Origin: the human T2T-CHM13v2.0 reference genome, Homo sapiens
Assembly: GCF_009914755.1 (NCBI RefSeq)
Contig: NC_060943.1
Strand: one strand, 5' to 3'
Length of the DNA: 64,000 nucleotides
Made by a program: the position numbers and the translations under genes. The notes under the pieces were generated by a model. The model saw nothing but the letters and a program-made list of their open reading frames with translations. It made no database searches and had not been told where the DNA came from. How positions within the stretch are numbered: position 1 is the first letter of the stretch; the number at the start of each line of letters is the position of its first letter. Positions 1 through 22,916 of the stretch are shown piece by piece.

Positions 1-935
1 CCAACCTGGGCTTCCTTTGACCACACTAAGCAATCTATCTTTGCCAAGTCAGACAAAAGGTGAACTCCTCCCTCACCTTGCATCAAAAGCCTTGGTATTC
101 TGCCCAATATTCCTGGAATGGTATATACTACAAACCTGCTGTGCAGGTGGCTGGATTCCATACAGCCTCTGCTTTGTCTGGAGGCCTTAAATGGCTCCTC
201 TAATGTTACTCTGGGGTTTCTCCAGTCACTTGTCAACACATACTCCAAATCAACAACATTATGCCCAATGAAACACAATCTCTTTCCTATTTTAATAAGA
301 GATTAGTACACTATGATTACATTAGCTCCATTGCTGTCCCCTGGGGGGAACTCTGGGTATGCAGATCCTATGGGTGGCGATACGTGCCCCTACTTTGGAT
401 GGGGAGATGCACTTGGGGGTGGACATTAATTCCATTCACTATCCGGGATAATATTCCCCTCTCCAGTAATCTAGATGCTTAGAAACATTGCTAGTTACAA
501 ATGTGCTGGACTCCCTGGTGGTGGTACCCTATCACAGTATTCTCCCCTGCTGCTGGTACAATCGTGCTTCACCAACAAATTATAATATTTAGCTTACATG
601 TAGAAAAAGCTCTTAATGATAGTAGCACTGGACTTATGTTGTTATCAGATGAATTTGCTCAGCTGCGTACTCTTGTGTTGCAAAATCAAATGGCATTAGA
701 TAAGCTTACCACAGCCCAAGGAGAGATTTGCGCCTTACTGCATACTGAATGTTGTGTGTATATTCCTGGCAAGTCTCACAATATTACTCTGTTTGCAACG
801 CCATGTTGGGTCTAATTTTTATTAATTGTGCTTCTAATTCTCCTGTGCTTACCCTGTATCTGTAATCTATATCAACTCTACCTTTCCGATGTATCTGTGA
901 GGGTGTTTTAATACAATTGAGTATCCAATTGAGGC
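1..935 (+). mobile_element. Degraded ERV env (end of SU and TM), 3' end of a provirus
   Basis: ORF 501-815 contains LQNQMALDKLTTAQGEICALLHTECCVY, an immunosuppressive-domain motif plus CX6CC of a gamma-type TM. Stops and frameshifts upstream; followed directly by an LTR. Confidence 0.85.
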
Positions 936-939
936 CGAA

Positions 940-1135
940 TGTAGTGGAAAAGTTAAATATTAAATTTGAACTCAATTGAATGTGGACACAAACAATGGTC
1001 ACCAAGTCTCAGAACAGATTATGTGAGCCCCTTTAGGCATTCATCCAGCACTGTTTCAGAGAAATTTCTACTTCAATCTATTCCTATACGTTATTGAAAA
1101 ACAATAGCCAATCACAAAAACAGGTTAACCTTTTT
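940..1135 (+). mobile_element. Truncated 3' LTR of the env-bearing ERV (LTR18/LTR66-like, family tentative)
   Basis: Starts TGTAGTGGAAAAGTTAAATATTAAATTTGAACTC right after env and stops abruptly at ~1135. Confidence 0.65.
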
Positions 1136-1161
1136 AGAGGTGTGAGCCACCATGCCTGGCC

Positions 1162-2860
1162 TTGGATGGGTTTTTTGTGGGTACTTTTTTGTCGTTGATG
1201 CTGTTGTTCCTTTCTGTTTGTTTTTCTTTCAATGGTCAGGTCTGTCTTCTGTAGGGCTGCTGCAGTTTGCTGGGGGTTCACTTCAGGCCCTATTCATCCA
1301 GTTCACTCCCGTGCCTGGAGATGTCACTCAAGGAGTTTGGAGAAGAGCAAAGAAGAGTCTGCTCCTTCCTCTGTGATCTCTGACCTCAAGAGGCACCAAC
1401 CTGATGCTAGTAGGATCACTCCTGTATAGGGTGTCTGACAACCCCTGTTGAAGTGTCACCAGTTGGGTGGCATGGGGAGCAGAACCCATTTAATGAAGCA
1501 CTTTGACTATTCCTTGGTGGAGGGGGGTGTTTTGCTGGGGGGAAACCCACTCATCTGGGCTGCTCGAATTCCTCAGAACTAGCAGGAGGAAAGGCTAAGT
1601 CTGCTGGTCCACAGAGACTGCAGCCACCCCTCCCCCTAGGGGCTCAGGCCTAGGGAGATCAGAGTTCTGTCCCTGAGCCCCTGGCTGGAGTTCCTGCAGG
1701 GAGGCCCTGACCAGTGAGGAGGGATGGGTGAGGGTCAGGCCTGAAGAGACATTCTGGCCACAGTCTGCCACAGCCCGTGTGTTGGTCTGTGGGGGACATC
1801 TCCTGAGACCAAGCTGTCCAGTTTCCCTGGATCTAGCAGAGGAAAAGTGTGGCCAGGAGCTATAGAGATGGCTGCTTCCCTTTCCCCATCCATGGAGCTT
1901 AGCCTGTTAGGCAGTTTTGAGTCCCAGTGCTGGCTGCTGTCCCTCCCTCAAGGAGCTCAAACAGCTTAGACAGCAGCCAACTGCAACTGTGGTGCTGGTC
2001 GCCCCTCCTGTGGGAACTCGGCAGGCTTAAGTAGATTCTAGCTGAGAGGCTGTTCATGATCTATCTGCTCAGCTCCAGGGTTGTGTCAGGCATAATAAGT
2101 TCCTCTTCAAAGGGTAACTTCCTTGTTGTTTGTTCTCAGAATCAACTTCCTTGTACCTTCCCGCTCCTAGCTACCTGCTCTGTAAACATCTCTTCTCCCC
2201 AGTCGCAATCCGTAACCCACATCTCTTCCTTATTTGGAAGAAGTCCTCCTCACTCCTAGTTACCTGCTCTGTAAACAACCTTCCTGCCAGTCTCGATTTA
2301 AAATAGCCATCGAGTTAGCTTAGATTGTGCGGTCTGACTCCAGCCAATGGGGGCAGGACACAGAAGTAGGGACTGTGTTAGGGATAAAAACTCCTTCCCT
2401 CCCTTGTATGCTGTGCTCTCACAACAGCCAGAGACATGACTGGCACCCTTCTGCAGAAGTAAATGTGCCTTGCCTTGCTGAGAAATTCCTTGTTTTCTTT
2501 GCGACTCTGAGCTCTTGTTTCCAACAGTTGGGACCTTAGGCTCCAGTGGCGTGGGTTCATGAGTGGAATCTTCTAATCTGTGGGTTGCATAGTTCCATGG
2601 AAAAAGCACAGTTTCCCAGGATGGGTAGCATGCTCACTCACCGCCTCCCTTGGCTATGGGGCGAGGGCTCCCCAGGCCCACGTGGGTGTCAGGTGGGCTG
2701 CCACACCACACTGCTCTTCCTCTCCATGGATCACGCCATCCACCTAGTCAGTTCTGATGAGAGGACCTGGATACCTCAGGTTATGGTGCAGGATTCACAT
2801 ACTATTATGGTTCTTTTCTATGGGATGCTGCTTCTAGTCAGCCATCTTGGCCCTGCCACC
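1162..2860 (-). mobile_element. 5' UTR of an old primate L1 (roughly L1PA10-16 grade), interrupted by a solo LTR
   Basis: Antisense L1 5'UTR sequence ending in TAGTCAGCCATCTTGGCCC (YY1 site, L1 start) at ~2835-2853; sequence is continuous across the LTR. Confidence 0.75.
2084..2526 (+). mobile_element. Solo ERV1 LTR (LTR47-like)
   Basis: TG...CA ends, 4-bp TSD GTTG (2080-2083 and 2527-2530), CCAAT at ~2344, TATA-like GATAAAA, AGTAAA polyA-like signal. Confidence 0.8.
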
Positions 2861-7405
<4,545 letters not shown>

Positions 7406-7829
7406 TTTTTTTTTCTTTTGCCTTCTGAGAGAGAAATATTGATTGACTCTTCATCACAGATACAAAAAAAAAAAAGATCAGTGAGCATTCTTTCTTTATT
7501 GTTTTAAACAGCAATCTACTTTTTCTTCGGGCTACTGATTTAATTTCTCATTATACATTTATTTATTTATTTATCTGTTTCTTACTGCCTGTGCTCACCA
7601 GTAGACCAACTGCAAAAAATTCAACTACAGAAATATAAGGTAAGTATTTCATAAATGATTCTCATTAACTATAAATCCACAAAAATTTCATGTTCACATT
7701 CATCTGACTGGCCTCATTTGGCCTTCTACAGAATGTTTGAAGTTTGATTAAAAATAATCTACTGATAAATATTTATTGATAGAACACTGAAAGGTGAAGT
7801 CTACTGGTGAAAATGTTGTTCCTTCATTA

Positions 7830-8595
7830 CCAGAAATGAAGTAGGTACATTTATTTCTTGACTTACTATTATGCTTCATTAGTGTGTGTTTATTTTTATT
7901 CAGTACCATGCTATTTGCTTTCTGTAGCTGTTTTTTGAGACAGATTTCACTCTGTTGCCCAGGGTGGAGTGCAGTTGCTTCATCGTGGCTCACTGCAGCC
8001 TCATCCTCACAGGATCTAGGGATCCTCCCACCACAGCATCTCAAGTAGCAGATACTATGGGTTTGTGCCATTACACTCTGCTAATTTTTGTATTTTTTGT
8101 AGAGATGGTGTTTTGTTATGTTGCTCAGGCTGGTCTAGAACTCCTGGGCTCAAGCAACCCAACTTGGCCTCCCATAGTGCCAGGATCACAGGTGTGAGCC
8201 ACTGCACCTGGCCTTACTGTAGCTTTGTAATATATTCAGAGACCAGGTAGTGTGATGCCTATAGCTTTGTTGTTCTTCCTCAATATTGCTTAGGTTATTC
8301 TTGGTCTTTTATGAATTGATAAAGATTTGATAATTACTTTTTAAATTCTGAGAAAAATATAATTGGAATTTTTATAAGGATTGCATTAAATCTATAGATC
8401 ACTTTGGGTAGTATGGACATTTTCACAATATTAATTCTTTCAATTCATGAGCATGGTGTATTTTTCAATTTTTTAGTGCCTTCAATTTATTTAATTAATG
8501 TTTTAAGAGTTTTTAGTGAATAGATCTTTTGCCTCTTTGAATAAATTTATTTCTGTGTATTTTATTCTTTTTGATGCTTTTGTAAATGAGATTAC
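7830..8595 (-). mobile_element. Ancient L1M ORF2 fragment containing an AluJ (7930-8213)
   Basis: CAGTACCATGCT...GCATTAAATCTATAGATCACTTTGGGTAGTATGG resembles antisense L1 ORF2; Alu with J-type GGGCTCAAGC. Confidence 0.75.
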
Positions 8596-8827
8596 TAATC
8601 TCAATGCCTGTCTACACATCTATTCAAATTCAACAGATTTAGAGATGAAACCAATACATGTGAAAATGCAGGAGAGGAAAGAAATTCAAAGTTTTATAGT
8701 TTTGTAAAATACAGGTGCCCAATTTAGCATCCTGTGTCATGCCCTGTGGTGACAAGTATCGCATTAAGCTTAAACTTAAGCTCAAATTGACTTCTTATTT
8801 GGGATAACCCAAAGATAGAGAAACTCA

Positions 8828-8925
8828 TCATCCTGATTTTACACAGGTGGAGACTGCTGCTTAGAATAAATGAATATACAGAATCACATGGCTGGTACAT
8901 GGTAACCTGGAACTTCTAGAACAAA
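8828..8925 (+). mobile_element. MIR fragment
   Basis: ATTTTACACAGGTGGAGACTG...CACATGGCTGG resembles the MIR core. Confidence 0.5.
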
Positions 8926-9459
8926 CCATCTGAGCCTGAACTTGAAATGAGCTGGGCAGCTTCTTACCATCTGTCTATGAAAAGTCCAGAGATACCAGAG
9001 GGTGCCCTTTGAGCCTTTGGTGAATAAGTGAAAACTTCAAATGTTGATACTCAGGAGGAAGGAGTTAGATTGACCCAACACTTGATGGAACACTTATTTT
9101 TAACTTAATGCAGCCATAAAAGTGTTTATAACACTTGGGGCTTTGAGTTCTTCAATTAAGGCAGAATTTCTATAGAGTATACTTTTCCCTATAAAATGTA
9201 TTTAGCCATTGATAACTCTATGTAGCTCTGTGAAATATGTGCTTATTAGACAGATCAGGTGTTTTGGCTATGAATAAGATGAATAATTGTGTTTGAAATA
9301 AAATATATTTATAAATAATTTTGATTCTGAATATTTAAAAACTATTAACTACTGTTTGAATAAGTCTTTGTCCAAAATATATATATATATACATTTTATA
9401 TAATATATAGAATATATGTATATATATAAAATACACACATAGATAATCATATGTAATAT

Positions 9460-10545
<1,086 letters not shown>

Positions 10546-10903
10546 GATAAAGCCTGGGCCTAGAAATGCCCATGATTAAAATCTGGTCACTCTAATGACT
10601 GAACCCTCTTTTTAAAGAAACTGTAGCTATTCAGTTGACTTTTTGTTGTAGACAAAAATGTGTCATCAATAGAATATTTTGCCCTGTCTAGAGGACACCG
10701 CTACAGATTATCAGACTCTAGCCAGTACTCTTTGAGTGCTTTTACAACTTTTTGTAAGTTTTAGGTCACTGAAAGACATTCACAATGTCTTGTCCAGTAG
10801 AGTGTCAATTGTTTCTTCTCTTACAGTACAATAATATGAGTCTCCCTCCATTAACATATTTATTTAATTATTTCCAATTTATATTGCTTTTGCTGTACAT
10901 TTG

Positions 10904-11202
<299 letters not shown>

Positions 11203-11589
11203 ATTTGACTCTTTTTTGTACTGGCTCTCATATCGGCTGATTCCTCAGATGTTAAATAAATATTTTAATATGTGTTCCCATCTTTATGAGTGTCACGAAT
11301 TTATAATTTTTTTAAAATTATGTTTTAAGCACTTTTTATGTCACACTGATATGCCCAATGGATTTATCTACCAAAAGCATCCAAACTTCTATGACAGAGG
11401 GTTACACAGTTGAACCTGGGTGTTTTTATTTGAATATCTAGGTGACTAAAGCTTCAGTAGAACTTTGTGGACTCTGTTTTCATTTTAGTTTCAATTTTCC
11501 TTTCAGCTAACTCAGTGTTTCTGTGTTTTTCTGCTGCATTTAGAGCATATTATCTAGTCTTTATCATTGGCAACAGTGGCTTGAAGTTT

Positions 11590-12400
11590 GTTTATAAAAT
11601 TATGTTTATCGAGATAAAATTCACATAATATCAAATTCAATATATTAATTATTTTCAGGTTTACACTTCAGTATCTTTTTGTGTATTCACAATGCTTTAC
11701 AATCATTAGCAATAGGTAATTTTAGAACAGTGTAATTACCCAAAAAAGAAACCCCACACCCATCAAGCAGCCACTTTCAATTTTCCCCACTGGCCTCTGG
11801 CAAACATTAATCCACTTTCTGTTTCAAAGGATTTGCCTGTTTTGGGAATTTTATACAAATGGATTCAAAAAATACATGACCCTTTTTGTATAGCTTTTTC
11901 CATCAAGCGTAATGTCTTTAATATGTATCCATGTTGTGTGCCATATTGGCACATCATTCCTTTTTCTGGCAGAATACTATTGCCTTGTTACTACATCACA
12001 TTTGTCTATCTAGTCCTCCATGGATAGGCATTTGCACTGCTCTCACCTTTTGGCCATAACAAATAATATTTCTACGGACACGCATATACTTGTTTTTGTG
12101 TGGACCTATTTTGATTTCCGTTGAGTATATACTCAGAAGTGGAATTGCTAAGCCATGTGGTAACTCTACGCTAACCTCAGGAGGAACTGCCAAAATGTTT
12201 TCCAAAACTGCTGCCTAATTTTGCCACTGCACCAGCACTGTATGAAGGTTTCAATTTCCCCACATCTTCACCCACACTGATCTGTCTTCTGAAATATACC
12301 TGTACCAGCAGGTGTGAGGTGATATATCACTGTGGTTTTGACTTGCATCTTTCTAGTGAATAAAGATGTTGTGCATCTTTTCATGTGCTCATTGGCCACT
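11590..12400 (-). mobile_element. L1M (L1MB-like) 3' end
   Basis: Antisense L1 3'UTR and ORF2 C-terminus (ORF 12268-12453 contains HMKRCTTSLFTRKMQVKTT). Confidence 0.75.
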
Positions 12401-12401
12401 T

Positions 12402-13492
12402 GTACAGAATAAAAATCTTGGAGCCACTGGTCCAGATTATGAGTCTCAAACACATGTTACAAACAGATTTTTGATGCTGCACAAGAAATAGGACTCAGCA
12501 AGGCAAATTTACTTCTATAGAAGGGTTCACCTCGTAAATTAAGCAATGACAAGGGCGCATAGAACAAAGGAAGCTGGAGTTTTTATTATCTCCGGTGCAG
12601 CTTCTACCTGTGTCTTTCCCCTATTGCTTAGGTTTGGACCACACAGTCTAAACTAGTCCTGATTGGTTAAATACTTCAAACTTTTTAGATATGGTAATCA
12701 TGTAAGGGAGGTAAGAGAGAATGGAGGTCCATTGGGGGGGAACTAGGAAAGCAACCTATTCCCTAATAAGGAAAATAATGCAGATTGGGACTTAGATTGT
12801 AGCAAGTTCATGCATGTCTAGGCATAGTTAGGTAAGTTGGGGCACAGTTGAGGTAAGGAATAGTTGGAATTATAGAATAGAGAATGGGGAAACTGGATAA
12901 GCTATTTGAAGAGGGAACATAACTGTGTCAAACACAAACACCATGGAATGACGATAATGTTGTACATAGTAATCTGGTAATTCTGTTATTATCCAATGAA
13001 GAACAGTATCTTAAATCTTTTTTCTTTGTATTGTTTTTGCTGTCCAATTTGCCAATCACATGCATAGAAAAAATGGTATTTGTCAGTGTATTTCCTATCC
13101 AGGACAAGATGTTGGAGGACCCAATGTATTTGGGAGCTTGTAGTCTCAACTGTGCCCACCTGGAGTTCATGGGGCTGATAATGATGGCTGGAAGACACTC
13201 AAGAGGCAGATGGTGGTAATGTACACACCTCTGCCCACTCTGTGAATATAGAAAACATGTTTGCATGCACTATCACTGAGGAAATGCTTGAAATTAAAAG
13301 AAGTCATTGTCTGTGAAGCTGCTTTGGAGAATATGACCAAGATGTTGGCTATAGCCAGGTGCTTGAGAATCAAATCTGTGGACTTTAATATCCACCTGGT
13401 ATAACAAAGTGGCAAAAAAATAAATTCCCCAATAATCCAACTGTTGTCTGAGAAAAGAAGATTATTCCTATTTCCAAATTCCTGGAGGCCAT
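12402..13492 (-). pseudogene. Vomeronasal type-1 receptor (V1R/VN1R) pseudogene, TM1-TM5, split by an LTR and truncated by L1
   Basis: Starts MASRNLEIGIIFFSQTTVGLLGN at 13492; contains STDLILKHLAIAN, CKHVFYIHRVGRGV..TTICLLSVFQ and AIIISPMNSRWAQL; resumes after the LTR as CLRLIIWTSGSKIFILY (12452-12402). At least two frameshifts. Confidence 0.9.
12455..12934 (-). mobile_element. Solo ERV1 LTR (related to the LTR at 2084) inserted in V1R TM5
   Basis: TG/CA ends; minus strand shares TTCC(C)TCTTCAAA near the start and GAAGTAAATTTGCCTTGCTGAG near the end with the LTR at 2084-2526. Confidence 0.75.
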
Positions 13493-14034
13493 TCATTATT
13501 TTCCAATTACTAATATTTTTATTCGGAGTGAGAATATTCTGCATAGGCACATAAGGTCTGTTTTATTGTGGCAACTAAAAAGGATTATTGTTCACATACC
13601 ACTGTTTTCAACTTATAATTTTGTTTTTAAATTCTACTTTTCTTTCACTAAGATGTTTTTCTATTATCTCTATATATACATATATATACACACACATATA
13701 AATTCATAAACACACACACATATATGTATATATAAATTATTTGCATTTAGCCTGTGCTTTTTAAAATAAATTCCAGTGGTTGACATCTAGCTCACATGTT
13801 GTCAGGCATTTTCCATTTTAGTAATTTAATTTTCATCTATATTATTTCATTGAAATACACTTGAATCAAATATGAAACTTTAATATGAAAGATTCCATTG
13901 GCTTTTCTTGCAAAAACCTTTAATATGAAAGATGCCATTGGCTTTGCTTTATTATTATAACTATATATAGTGTGATAACTTTGTATATATATAGCATTAT
14001 AAAACTACTATATTTGTGTGTTACATATAATTTT

Positions 14035-14180
14035 TACAACAACTCTATTAAGTGGTTTATTATTCTGATTTTACAGGTGAAGAGAGCTTAGACAAAAATA
14101 GAATAAATGACATTTCCAAAATTACCTTCTTGTAGGAGGCAGTTTCAGGAGTTGAAGATGCTTTTAACTATTATGCTGTC
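14035..14180 (+). mobile_element. MIR fragment
   Basis: TTACAACAACTCTATTAAGTGG...ATTTTACAGGTGAAGA MIR core. Confidence 0.55.
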
Positions 14181-14506
14181 TCAATATCAGATATATTTTT
14201 TTTAAAAATCCACATATTTTAAAAACATTTCTGTATCTCTTGTTAGTTTTTTAAAGAATGTTTGTACATATTTATTTAAAATTGCAATATGAAATATTAA
14301 AATTTAAATATGATTGCATAATTTATTGGCAAATATCTATAATGATTCAAAGATTCAAGTAGAATATTAATGTTCTGATTTAGCATCATCTTAAGTGGAA
14401 TTTATCGAATGCAAAAATTATTTCCTCTTGGAATTAAAACAGAAGATTTTTTCAACTTAACCAAGAAGGAGACATAATGGAATGGCTATTAAGAAAAGGA
14501 GCTTGA

Positions 14507-14930
14507 GGCTGGGCACTGTGGCTCACACCTGTAATCCCAGAACTTTGGGAGGCTGAGGTGGGTGGATCACCTGAGGTCAGGAGTTCAAGACCAGCCTGGC
14601 CACCAGGCAAAAACCTTGTCTCTACTAAAAATACAAAAATTGGGCCAGGTGTGGTGGCTCACGCCTGTATTCCCAGTACTTTGGGAGCCCGAGGCAGGCA
14701 GATCACAAGGTCAGGAGTTCGAGACCATCCTGGTTAGTATGGTGAAACCTGGTCTCTATTAAAAATACAACAATTAGCCGGGCATGGTGGCATGCACTTA
14801 TAATCCCAGGTACTCCGGAGGCTATGGCAGGAAAATTGCTGGAAGCTGGGATGCAGAGGTTGCAGTGAGCCAAGATCAGGCCGCTGCACCTCAGCCTGGG
14901 CAACAAGAGCAAAACTCCATCTAAGAAAAT
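14507..14930 (+). mobile_element. Alu left monomer plus full Alu
   Basis: Alu heads at 14507 and 14643. Confidence 0.9.
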
Positions 14931-15335
14931 AATATATCTCTCTATATATATTTATATCTATCTATATCTATATATTTATATCTATCTATATTTATATCTA
15001 TCTATATCTATATTTATATCTATATCTATATATTTATATATCTATATCTATATATATTTATATATGTATATCTATATATTTATATGTATCTATAGCTGTA
15101 TATATATCTATATCTATATATGCATATATCTATATCTATATCTATATATTTATATATCTATATCTATATATATTTATATATATCTATATCTATATATTTA
15201 TATATCTATATCTATATATTTATACATCTATATCTATATATATTTATATATCTATATCTATATATATTTATATATCTACATATATCTATCTATATCTATA
15301 TCTATATCTATATCTATATCTATATATATCTACCT
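14931..15335. repeat. Compound (TA)n/(TATATC)n microsatellite, ~400 bp
   Basis: Seen directly; source of spurious Y/I/S ORFs. Confidence 0.95.
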
Positions 15336-15337
15336 AT

Positions 15338-15478
15338 CAAGTACCATGCTCACTACTTGCCTGATGAAATAATGTGTACACCAAACCCCAGTGACATGCA
15401 ATTTACCCATTTCACAAACCTGCACATGGACCCTTGATCCTAAAATAGAAGTTGGAAGAAAATAGCGCAAATAAAATA
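15338..15478 (+). mobile_element. L1 3' terminal fragment (old L1PA/PB)
   Basis: TACCATGCTCACTAC...ACCAAACCCCAGTGACATGCAATTTACC...AAAATAGAAGTTGG. Confidence 0.7.
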
Positions 15479-15539
15479 AGATTCAGAAATTGAGTATATA
15501 AAACAACAACGATTTTAAAAACAGCTTTCTTGCTTTTCT

Positions 15540-15762
15540 AAAATATGGATGTTAATAGATGATCTGGATCTTCAGCCCTCATCTTGGACCATGAAGAATG
15601 GAAAAGAATGTCAGGGGTGATGGAGCAGAGACATCCCTAAAGGCTTCCTGAAGCTGCCATGCTGGCCCAGGTATGCCTAACTCCCCAGTTTTTATGTGAA
15701 AAAAAAAATAATTTACGTGTTTTAAGTCAGTATGAATAGATCTCAATTATTAATAGCTGAAT
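15540..15762 (+). mobile_element. MLT1-type MaLR LTR fragment
   Basis: CATCTTGGACCATGA...GATGGAGCAGA...TTTTAAGTCAGT...AATAGCTGAA resembles the MLT1 3' part. Confidence 0.5.
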
Positions 15763-15856
15763 AAAGGAAAATGAGCTGTTGAATTTGAAAAAAAAATAGC
15801 GATATTTTGAAAAATTTGCTCCAGTTACAATTTACCAATAACAATTACAGCTCTTT

Positions 15857-16220
<364 letters not shown>

Positions 16221-16445
16221 TCATCTATGATTTCTGAAGAAAGAAAGAGGCTCACATGGAGAGAGCAGAAAATGCTGAGTCTTATATACGAAGAACAGAC
16301 AGTGAAGTCAGTGTGTCTTTCTGGGTTCTGCGCTTCCTTAAGATGATCCTCTGCTAAAAAGCAAACTTTTTGTGAATCTTCAAATTCCTGAGCAAAACTA
16401 TTCTTTAATATTTAATCAGGAAATGTGATTATATAAAAAGCTGGA

Positions 16446-16760
<315 letters not shown>

Positions 16761-17325
16761 CTTGAGTAGAATATGTGAAAGGTTACAGTGCAAATAAATA
16801 ACTTTGAATTTAAATATTGATATAAACATAAACATATAAACATAAATGGGGCAAATATGTGCAATTTACAGAGATGTATCTCAAAGAGTTATTCTCACAC
16901 AGAAAAACACCAACTTTATATACTTGAGAGATAAATTCTACTTATTAAATAGTTGATAAACTGATGCTATCTAGACTGTTCGAGAGTTTTAATGTAGTCA
17001 ATCTTCCTGCTAATGTGTAAGTGTTCATAAGAGGGATATGAGAACTTTGCTTAAGAGTTCTCATATATGAGACACATATAGAATATTACAGACATATAGA
17101 ACATATAAGTATAATGTAAAAATTTTAAATATTAGTAGCCATTGTGTCAGCGTACTAAAACATATAATTATATTATGATCCAGTGTACTTTATGCCAGAA
17201 ATGGAAGTGAGATTTACCATTTGGAAATCCACTAACAAATTAGTCAAATAATTGAAACCAATAGAATGTCATGTTTCATGTTCATAGATATAAATAAAGA
17301 CATTACCAGAATTCTACAGAAAAGT

Positions 17326-17733
<408 letters not shown>

Positions 17734-17981
17734 TAGAAAATCATATTTTTAAAAAATTAGTAAGGATTTAGCATAAAGTATTTCTGAAAAATATGAATAA
17801 CAGATTTGTACAAGTAAAAGTAGTGGCAATATATGTTTGAAAAGGATGATTCAACAGTATTGGATCAATGATCTTTTAATCAGTTTAAAAATTGAGTTTG
17901 AATGCAACAGAGACATCATCTTATTGTGTTCTGAAAATAGAAATTTTGCTGCAAAGAAGAATAAATGAATAAAGATATTCA

Positions 17982-18329
<348 letters not shown>

Positions 18330-18983
18330 CTATGATGTGTTATAAGGAATTGAAAAGTTAAATAATGTAGTTTTAATTTATGAACAGATTTAGAGACCAA
18401 TGGAATATAAAATTCAAAAATAGCATGAAATATATATGAAATGTAGTGTATAACAGATGCAGCAGTAGTGAAATTGATGTGAGGTCAATGTGTCTCCCTG
18501 GAGACTAAAGCCCACATATATGCAGTGAGGACCTTGTCTCCCAATGTTTTATTTTTGCACATCTGATGTTTTCACATGTGCAGGGAAGAGGTTTAATATT
18601 TGATTGTCTTTGGCTATGGTCTGATGGATCAGTCTCTCCTGACTCAATACACACTGTAACCTGTTCTCAGAGTTCACAGTATGTCTCTTGGTGAACGTAG
18701 GTGTTACTACTGTCTGCAAAGGTTGACCATCTACAACAGACACTCTTGCTCTGTTTGGGAATAGGTACTTATTGTTTCAGTAGTTATTTTCAGTTGGTAA
18801 ATTTTCTGGGGGACTCCCCCATGCCCTTGTCCCACATGAGGTAATTCTCTTAAAGCAGTTCAGGAAGAACAACTTTGCGTAGACTCTGGAATGGGCTGCT
18901 TCAAAGTAGGATACTCCACATAACCTATATTCTAATATGCAACCAACAGAAGACAGTACACTTTTCCTTTTTCTTTTTTTTTA

Positions 18984-19338
<355 letters not shown>

Positions 19339-19439
19339 TTGAAACAAATAAAGATTCTTTGTTATAACAAATAAAACTAATCTTAAGAGGATGTGCTATA
19401 ATGTATATTAACAGATGTTTTGTGCCTATATTGAAACTT

Positions 19440-20690
<1,251 letters not shown>

Positions 20691-20968
20691 CACCACACCT
20701 GAGGGCAGCAGGAATGAAATAACCACAGGTAAACCACTGCTTACTACTGTTGCCCACCTTTCTTTCAGAGAACAGACAGTGAACAAAGGATGATGGGGCC
20801 ACAGAAGAAGTAAACTCTATGTCTTCAGATCTGTTCACAGTCTGGACCTTTAATATTTACATAGGAAGAAAATAAAGGCAAACTTATTTTGCTATTTGGC
20901 CTTGACCTTAAAGGCCAGGCTGTGGTTATCTGTTTTCTCCTGTGGTGTGGGAAACTGAGTGAATATAA

Positions 20969-21349
<381 letters not shown>

Positions 21350-21497
21350 CAATACTTCTGCATTTCTCAACATTATCTTACAAGACATCTAACTTTAAAT
21401 AGGGAAAAATATCAGTACTTTTACGGTGCTCAGCGTTAGAAGGTAACTGGTAATCAACCTGTCATTAAATCTTGGCATTCTATCTGCACTGGGTGCA

Positions 21498-22325
<828 letters not shown>

Positions 22326-22343
22326 TCAGTATCCTTCTGCTGT

Positions 22344-22640
22344 TGTTTGTTTGTTTGTTTTGAGAGGGAGTCTTGCTGTGTTGCCAGGCTGGAGTGCAGT
22401 GGGGCTATTTTGGCTCACTGCAACCTCTGCCTCCCAGGTTCAAGCTATTCTTGTGCCTCAGCTTCTTGAGTAGCTGGGATTACAGGCCCACACCACCACA
22501 CCCAGCGAATTTTTGTATTATTAGTAGAGATGGGGTTTCACCATGTTGGCCAGGGTGGTCTCTATCTCCTGAGCTCGTGATCCACCCGCCTCAGCTTCCC
22601 AAAGTTCTGGGGTTACAGGCGTGAGCCACTGCACCCAGCC
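22344..22640 (-). mobile_element. Alu
   Basis: Antisense Alu. Confidence 0.9.
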
Positions 22641-22916
22641 CATTCTGCTTTTTCTGCATGTGTGGCCCACAGAACTCTTCCACATCAAGAAATTTTCCAA
22701 ACACCCACAGCTACTAAATGGCTGGGCTGGGACTCAGGATCAACTCTGTCTGACTCCAAAGCCTATGTACCTCCATGGATCACAGTATTCAAGTAGCTGT
22801 CCTAGACTCTTAAAATCCTGGAGAGTGACACTTCAAAAATAGAAACCAGATTGCTTTTAGATTTGTGCCCACATAGTACTGTTTATTGTTGGGAATAATC
22901 TCAAGAAATTACTGAA

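Noticed and set aside
15064-15437. Y/I/S-rich ORFs
   Set aside because: Translation of a TA microsatellite.
18480-18925. Possible old LTR fragment
   Set aside because: LTR-like composition, but no ends, TSD or family could be identified by eye.
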